Shown: in pieces, positions 56,587 through 64,000 of the stretch
Position numbering within the stretch: position 1 is the stretch's first letter
Layout of the letters: each line of letters opens with the position of its first letter
Assembly (NCBI RefSeq): GCF_009914755.1
Contig: NC_060934.1
Reading direction: 5' to 3' (one strand)
Source: the human T2T-CHM13v2.0 reference genome, Homo sapiens
Length of the DNA stretch: 64,000 nucleotides
Made by a program: the position numbers and the translations under genes
The notes under the pieces: model-generated
Told to the model about the DNA's origin: nothing
What the model saw: the letters and a program-made list of their open reading frames with translations, nothing else
The model's database searches: none

Positions 56587-59500
56587 AAAAAAAATTTCTT
56601 TTTATTTCCGTAGTTACTGGGGAACAGGTGGTGCTTGGTTACATGAGTAAGTTCTTTAGTGGTGGTTTGTGAGTTTTTGGTGCACTCATCACCCAAGCAG
56701 TATACACTGCACCCTATTTGTAGTCTTTTATCCCTCACTCCCTTCCCACCATTTCCCCCTGAGTCCCCAAAGTCCATTATGTCATTCTTATGCCTTTGCA
56801 TCCTCATAGCTTAGCTCCCACATATGAGTGAGAACATACAATGTTTGGTTTTCCGTTCCTGAGTTACTTCACTTAGAATAATAGTCACCAACCTCATCCA
56901 AGTTGTTGTGAATGCCATTAATTCCTTCCTTTTAATGGCTGAGTAGTATTCCATTATATATATATAAAAATTCCATCATATATATAAATATATAAAAAAT
57001 ATATAAATATACATATATATAAAAAACAGTTTCTTTATCCACTTTTTGATTGATTGATTGATTGATTGATGGGCATTTGGGTTGGTTCCACAGTTTTGCA
57101 ATTGCAAATTATGGTGCTATAAACATGTGTGTGCAAGTATCTTTTTCATATAATGACTTCTTTTCCTCTGGGTAGATACCCAGTAATGGGATTGCTGAAT
57201 CAAATGGTAGTTCTACTTTTAGCTCTTTAAGGAATCTCCACACTGTTTTACATAGTGGCTGTACTAGTTTACATTCCCACCAGCAGTGTAGAAGTGTTTC
57301 CTGTTCACTGCATCCACACCAACATCTACTATTTTTTGATTTTTTGATTTTTTGATTATGGCCATTCTTGCAAAAGTAAGGTGGTATCACATTGTTGTTT
57401 TGATTTGCCTTTCCCTGATCATTAGTGATGTTGATCATTTTTTTATGTTTGTTGGCCATTTGTATATCTTCTTTTGGGAATTGTCTATTCATGTTCTTCG
57501 CCCACTTTTTGATGGGATTGTTTGTGTTTTCTTGGTGATCTGAGTTCGTTGTAGATTCTGGATATTAGGCCTTTGTCAGATATATAGATTGTGAAGATTT
57601 TCTCCCACTCTGTGTGCTGTCTGTTTACTCTGCTGACTGTCCTTTTGCCATGCTCTTTAGTTTAATTAAGTCCCAGCTATTTATCTTTGTTTTTATTGCA
57701 TTTGCTTTTGGGTTCTTGGTCATGAAATCCTTGCCTAAGCAAAGGTCCAGAAGGGTTTTTCCAATGTTATCTTCTAGAATTTTTATAGTTTCAGGTCTTA
57801 GATTTAAGTCCTTAATCCATCTTGAGTTGATTTTTATATAAGGTGAGAGATGAGGATCCAGTTTCATTCCCCTATATGTGGCTAACCAATTATCCCAGCA
57901 CCATTTGTTGAAAAGGGTGTCATTTCCCCACTTTTTGTTTTTGTTTGCTTTGTCAAAGATCAGTTGTCTGTAAGTATTTGGGTTTATTTCTGGGTTCTCT
58001 ATTCTGTTCCATTGGTCTATGTGCCTATTTTTATACCATTATCATGCTATTTTGGTGACTATGGCCTTATACTATAGTTTGAAATCAGGTAACGTGATGC
58101 CTCCAGAGTTGTTCTTTTGGCTTAGTCTTGCTTTGGCTATGTGGGCTCTTTTTTGGTTCCGTATGAATTTTAGAATTGCTTTTTCTAATTCTGTGAAGAA
58201 TAATGGTGGTATTTTGAAAGGAATTGCATTGAATTTGTAGATGGCTTTTGGCAGTGTGGCCATTTTCACAATATTAATTCTACCTATCCATGAACGTGGG
58301 ATGTGTTTCCATTTGTTTGTATCATCTATTATTTCTTTCAGCAGTGTTTTGTAGGTTTCCTTGTAGAGGTCTTTCACCTCCTTGGTTATGTATATTCCTA
58401 AGTATCTTATTTTTTTGCAGCTATTGTAAAAGGGGTTGAGTTATTGATTTGATTCTCAGCTTGGTTGTTACTGGTGTACAGAAGAGCTGCTAATTTGTGT
58501 ACATTAATTTTGTACCTGGAAATTTTGCTGAATTCTTTTATCAATTCTAGGTGCTTTCTGGAGGAATTGTTAGGGTTTTCTAGGTAGACAATCATATCAT
58601 CAGCAAACAGAGACAGTTTGACTTCCTTTTTACTCATTTGGATGTTCTTATTTGTTTCTCTTGTCTGATTTCTCTGACTAGGACTTCCAGTACTATGTTG
58701 AAGAGGACTGGTGAGAGTGGGCATCCTTGTCATGTTCCAGTTCTCAGAGAAAATGCTTTCAACTTTTCCCCACTCAGTATTATGTTGGCTGTGGGTTTGT
58801 CATAGATGGCTTTTATTACATTGAGTTATGTCCCTGGTATGCCGATTTTGCTGAGAGTTTTAATCATAAAGCGATGCTAGATTTTGTCAAATACTTTTTC
58901 TCTATCTATTGAGATGATCATGCAATTTTTGGTTTTGAATCTGTTTGTGTGGTGTATCACATTTATTGACTTGCATATGTTAAACCTTCCCTGCATCCCC
59001 GGTATGAAACCCACTTGATCATGGTGGATTATCTTTATGATATGCTGTTGGATTTGATTAGCTACTATTTTGTTGAGAATTTTTGCATCTATGTTCTTCA
59101 GGGATATTGGTGTGTAGTTTTCTTGTTCTGGTTATGTCCTTTCCTGGTTTTGGTATTAGGGTGATACTGGCTTCATTGAATGATTTAGGGAGGGTTCCTT
59201 CTTTCTCTATCTTGTGGAATAGTGTCAGTAGTATTGGTACCAATTCCTCTTTGAACATCTGGTAAAATTCTGCTGTGAATTGTCTGGTCCTGGACTTTTT
59301 TATGTTGGTATTTTTTTAATTGCCATTTCAATCTTGCTGCTTGTTATATAGGGTATCTAATTCTTCCTGATTTAAGCTAGAAGTGTTGCATCTTTCCAGA
59401 AATTTATACATCTGTTCTAGGTTTTCTAGTTTATGTGCATAAAGGTGATCATAGTAGCCTTGAATGATTTTTTGTATTTCTGTGGCATCAGTTGTAATGT

Positions 59501-62500
59501 CTCCCGTTTCATTTCTTATTGAGCTTTCTTATGGAGCAATCTCTTCTTTTCTTAGTTAATCTTGCTAGTGGTCTATCAATTTTATTTATCTTTTCAAAGA
59601 ACCAGCTTTTTGTTTCATTTATATTTTGCATTGTTTTCTTTTTGTTTGTTTCAGATTCATTTATTTCTGCTCTGAACTTGGGTATTTCCTTTCTTCTGCT
59701 GGGTTTGGGTTTGGTTTGTTCTTGTTTCTCTAGTTCCTTGAGGTGTGACCTTAGATCGTCTGTTTGTGCTCTTGCAGACTTTTTGATGTAGGCATTTAGG
59801 GCTACGAGCTTTCCTGTTAGCACTGCCCTTGCTGTATCCCAGAGGTTTTGATAGGTTGTGTCACTATTGTTGTTCAGTTTGAAGAATTTTTAGATTTCCA
59901 TCTTGATTTCATTTTTGACCCAATGATCATTCAGGAGCAGGTTATTTAATTTCCATGTATTTGCATGATTTTGAGGGTTCCTTTTGGAGATGATTTCCAC
60001 TTTAGTCTGAGAGAATGCTTGAGATAATTTCAATTTTCTTAAATTTATTGACACTCATTTTGTGGACTATCATATGATCTGTCTTGGAGAAAGTTCCATG
60101 CCATATTGAATAGAATGTATATTCCGTGGTTGTTGGATAGAATGTTCTGTGTATATCTGTTAAGTCCATTTGTTCCAAGGTATAGTTTAAATCCATTGTT
60201 TCTTTGTTAATTTTCTGTCTTCATGACCTGTCTAGTGCTGTCAGTGGGTATTGAATCCCCCACTATTGTTGTGTTGCTGTCTATCTCATTTCTCAGGTCT
60301 ATTATTAATTGTTTTATAAATTTGGGAGCTCCAGTGTAAGGTACATGTATGTTCAGGATTGTGACATTTTCCTGTTGGACAAGGCCTTTTATCATTATAT
60401 AATGTCCCTCTTTGTCTTTTTTAACTGCTGTTGCTTTAAAGTTGTTTTGTCTGATATAAGAATAGCTACTGCTGCTCACTTTTGGTGTCCATTTGCATAA
60501 AATGTCTTTTTCCACCCCTTTACCTTAAGTTTATGTGAGTCCTTATGTGTTAGCTGAGTCTCTTGTATGCGGCAGATAGTTGGTTGGTGAATTATTATCC
60601 ATTCTGCAATTCTGTATCTTTTAAGAAGAGCATTTAGTCCATTTACATTCAATGTTAGTGAGTGTTGAGATGTGAGGTACCATTGTATTCGTCATGCTAT
60701 TTGCTGCCTGTATGCCTTGGTTTTTTGTTTTTGTTTTTGAAATGTACAATTTAAATTTATAATTTTGTTTTATAGGTCCTGTGAGATTTATGCTTTAAAT
60801 AGGTTCTGTTAGATGTATTTTCAGGATTTGTTCCATGATTTAGAGCTCTTTTTAGCAGTTCTTGTAGTGGTGGCTTGGTATTGTGGAATTCTCTAAGCAT
60901 TTGTTTGTCTGAAAAAGACTATCTTTTCTTCATATATGAAGCTTAGTTTTGCTGGATACAAAATTCTTGACCAATAATTGTTTTGTTTGAGGTGCTGAAG
61001 ATAAGGCCCCAGTCCCTTCTAGCTTGTAGGATTTCTGTGGAGAAATCTGCTATTAATCTGATAGGTTATCATTTATAGGTTACTTGGTGCTTTTGTCTTA
61101 CAGCTCTTAAGATTCTTCCCTTCATGTTAACTTTAAATAACCTGAGGGCAATGTGCCTAGGCAATGATCTTTCTGCGATGAATTTCCCAGGTGTTCTTTG
61201 TGTTTCTTGTATTTGGATGTCTAGGTCTCTAGCAAGGCCAGGAAAGTTTTCCTTGATTATTCCCCCAAATATTTTTTCCAAACTTTCAGATTTTTCTTCT
61301 TTCTCAGGAACACCAATTATTCTTATGTTTGGTTGTTTAACATAATCCCAGACTTCTTGGAGGCTTTGTTCATATTTTCATATTCTTTTTTCTCTGTCTT
61401 TGTTGGATTGGGTTAATTTGAAGACCTTGTCTTTGAGCTCTGAATTTTTTTCTTCTACTCATTTGATTCTATCTCTGAGACTTTCCAGATTATTTTGCAT
61501 TTCTATAAGTGTATCCATTGTTTCCTAAAGTTTTGATTGTTTTATATTTATGCTATCTATTTCATTGAACATTTCTCCCTTCACTTCTCATATCATTTTT
61601 GGATTTCCTTACATTGGGCTTCTCCTTTCTCTGGTGCCTCCCTGATTAGATTTGTAACAAACCTCCTGAATTCTTTTTCAGGCAAATCAGGGATTTCTTT
61701 TTGGTTTGAATCCATTGATGGTGGGCTAGTGTGATTTTTTGGGGTTGTCAAAGAACCATGTTTTGTCATATTGCCAGAGTTGGTTTTTGGATTCCTTCCC
61801 AGTTGGGTTGACTCTGTCAGAGGAAAGATCTAGGGCTGAAGGCCATTGTTCACATTCTTTTGTCCCATGGGGTGTTCCCTTGATGTAATACTCCTCACCC
61901 TTTTCCTATGGATGTGGCTTCCTGAGAGCCGAACTGCAGTGATTGTTATCTCTCTTTGGGATCTGGCCATCCAGCAAGTCTATGAGGCTCAAGGCTGGTA
62001 CTGGGAGTTGTCTGCACAGAGTCTTGTGATGTGAACTGTCTGTGGGACTCTCAGCTGTGGATACCAGCACATGTTTCAGTGGAGGTGACAGGGGGATGAA
62101 ATGGACTCTGTGATGGTTCTTAGCTTTGGTAGTTTAATGCACTATTTTTGTGCTGGTTGGCCTCCTGCTTGGAGGTGGCACTTTCTAGACAGCATCAGTT
62201 ATGGTAGTATGGGGAGGAACAGGTGGCGGTTGGGGCCCTAGAACTCTTAAAAGTATATGCCCTTTGTCTTCAGCTACCAGGGTGGGTAGGGAAGAACCAT
62301 CAGGTGGGGGTAGGGCTAGGTGAGTCTGAGCTCAGAATCTCCTTGGGTGGGTCTTGCTGCAGCTGCTGGGGGATGGGATGAAGTTCCTAGGTCAATGGAG
62401 TTATGTTCCTAGGAGGATTATGGCTGTCTCTGCTGTATCATGCAGGTTGTCAGGGGAGTGGGGAAAAGCTGGCAGTCACAGGCCTCACCTAGATCCTATG

Positions 62501-63214
62501 CAATCTGAAGGGTCGGTCTCACTCCCACTGTGCCCCTACAACAGCACCAAGTCTGTTTCCAGGCAGTGGGTGAGCAGGGCTGAGAAATTGCCCCAGGCTA
62601 CCCACCTCCCAGCTATGAAAGCAAGTATGGCTTTCCTTCTTCCCCCGCTGTGGCATCTGCACACCAGATTCACACCCTCCCCCGGGTTCTGGCCAGGAGA
62701 CTTCTGGATCAGTTCAAATTGTTACTAAGTTGAGCTGGAGATTTCCTTCTCCCTGTGGCCTTTGCCAAGTGCGTCTGGCCGCCCTCCCAAAGGACCCTTG
62801 TGAAGCCAGGCAGAGATGGCTTGCTAGGGAACTCAGCGAGCTCACAGGGCTTTTTCCACTGCTTCCTTTACCCCTGTATTTTGGTCAGCTCTCTAATTGA
62901 CTCAGCTCCAGGTAAGGTCAGGATCTCCTCCTGTAATCTAGACGTTCAGTTTCCCCAGTGGGGGTGTGTGTTTGAGGCAGACGATCTCCTTTTCCTACTT
63001 CCACAGTTTGGGCACTCACAGTATTTGGGGTGTCTCCCTGATATTGAAGGAGCATTCCACTTTCTTCAGAGGGTCTGTAGGTCCTCTCGGGTTTCCTGAT
63101 TAATTCCTGCAGTTGTTCTGGAGTAAAAATTCACTATGTGAGCCTCTACACACTGTTCTGTTTGTCCAAGTCAGAGCTACAATCTAGTCCTGTCTCCCTT
63201 GCACCATGATCCCC
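56587..63214 (-). mobile_element. Full-length disabled L1PB1-like element (~6.6 kb)
   Basis: L1PB 3' UTR, ORF2 (LFADDMIVY in ORF 58407-58733), ORF1 (ORF 61069-61281) and a minus-strand 5' start ggggatcatggtgcaagggagacaggactagattg; TSD tattcttt at 56579-56586 and 63216-63223. Confidence 0.95.
56955..57070. repeat. TA-rich expansion (56955-57020) and (TGAT)6 (57047-57070) inside L1PB1
   Basis: Directly visible. Confidence 0.9.
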
Positions 63215-63223
63215 TTATTCTTT

Positions 63224-63979
63224 CACTTATTTTTAGTCAACACATACATGTACATCTTTATGGGACAGAGAGTGATATTTCAATACATGTATGCATTTTA
63301 TGGTAATTAGAATATCCGGTACCTCAAACACTTATAATTTCTTTTTGTAGGGAACATTCAAAATTCTGTCTTCTAGCTTGTTGAAAATACACAATAAATT
63401 ATTATTAACTATATTTGCCCTATAGAGCTATAGGGCCCTATAACTTACCTTATTTAGCTGTAATTTGTATCCATTAACCAACCTCTTCCTACCTCCCCTC
63501 CCTACTAACCTTTCTAGCTGCTAATAACTAAAATTCTGCTTTCTACTTCTAAGAGAACAACTTTATTTTTAGCTCCCCCAGATGAGTGAGAATATGCAGT
63601 ATTTATTTTTCTGTGCCTGGCTTATTTCAGTTAACATAATGTCCTCCAGGCTCATTCATGTTACCATGAATAACAAGATTTTATTATTTTTATGGCTGAA
63701 TAGTATTCCATTGTATTTGTATACCACATTTGTTTTATCCATTCATCTTTTGATGGACATTTCAGTTTATTCCACATCTTGGCTATTGTGAATAGTGCTG
63801 CAATAAAGATGAGAGTGCAGATATCTCTTTAATATACTTATTTCATTTTTTTGATAACTACCCAGTAGTAAGATTAATGGATCATATGGTAGTTCTATTT
63901 TTAGTTTCGTGAGAAATCTTCATACTATTTTACCTAATGCTTGTCCTGATTTACCTCCCACCAACAGTTTATATGAGTT
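63224..63979 (-). mobile_element. L1MA-type 3' end
   Basis: gtacatctttatggg...gtgatatttcaatacatg...acctcaaacacttataatttc...gaacattcaaaattc; ORF 63582-63791 is antisense L1 3' end. Confidence 0.85.
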
Positions 63980-64000
63980 AAACATTTTTTCATATGTTTA

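Overview
This is primate (human-like) AT-rich nuclear DNA dominated by fossil transposable elements, with no supportable protein-coding gene, RNA gene, CpG island or CRISPR-like array. It contains about a dozen LINE-1 copies of different ages. Two are full-length but disabled minus-strand elements with target-site duplications (TSDs): L1PA15/16-like at 45874-53799 and L1PB1-like at 56587-63214. It also contains 8 Alus or Alu fragments, MaLR/ERVL LTRs (THE1, MLT1, LTR33-like), DNA-transposon relics (MADE1, MER63, MER58, MER5, a Kanga/MER104-like Tc2) and MIR/L2 remnants. The recognisable ORFs in the track are L1, Alu or simple-repeat fragments. I found no evidence for a new biological system. 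The best leads are a very decayed non-L1 reverse-transcriptase fossil (~23.8-25.5 kb), a probable short L1 3' transduction, two colinear L1 halves 10.7 kb apart, several local duplications and a few candidate minus-strand exons. Subfamily names come from recalled consensus similarity and need Dfam/RepeatMasker confirmation. Boundaries of old elements are approximate.
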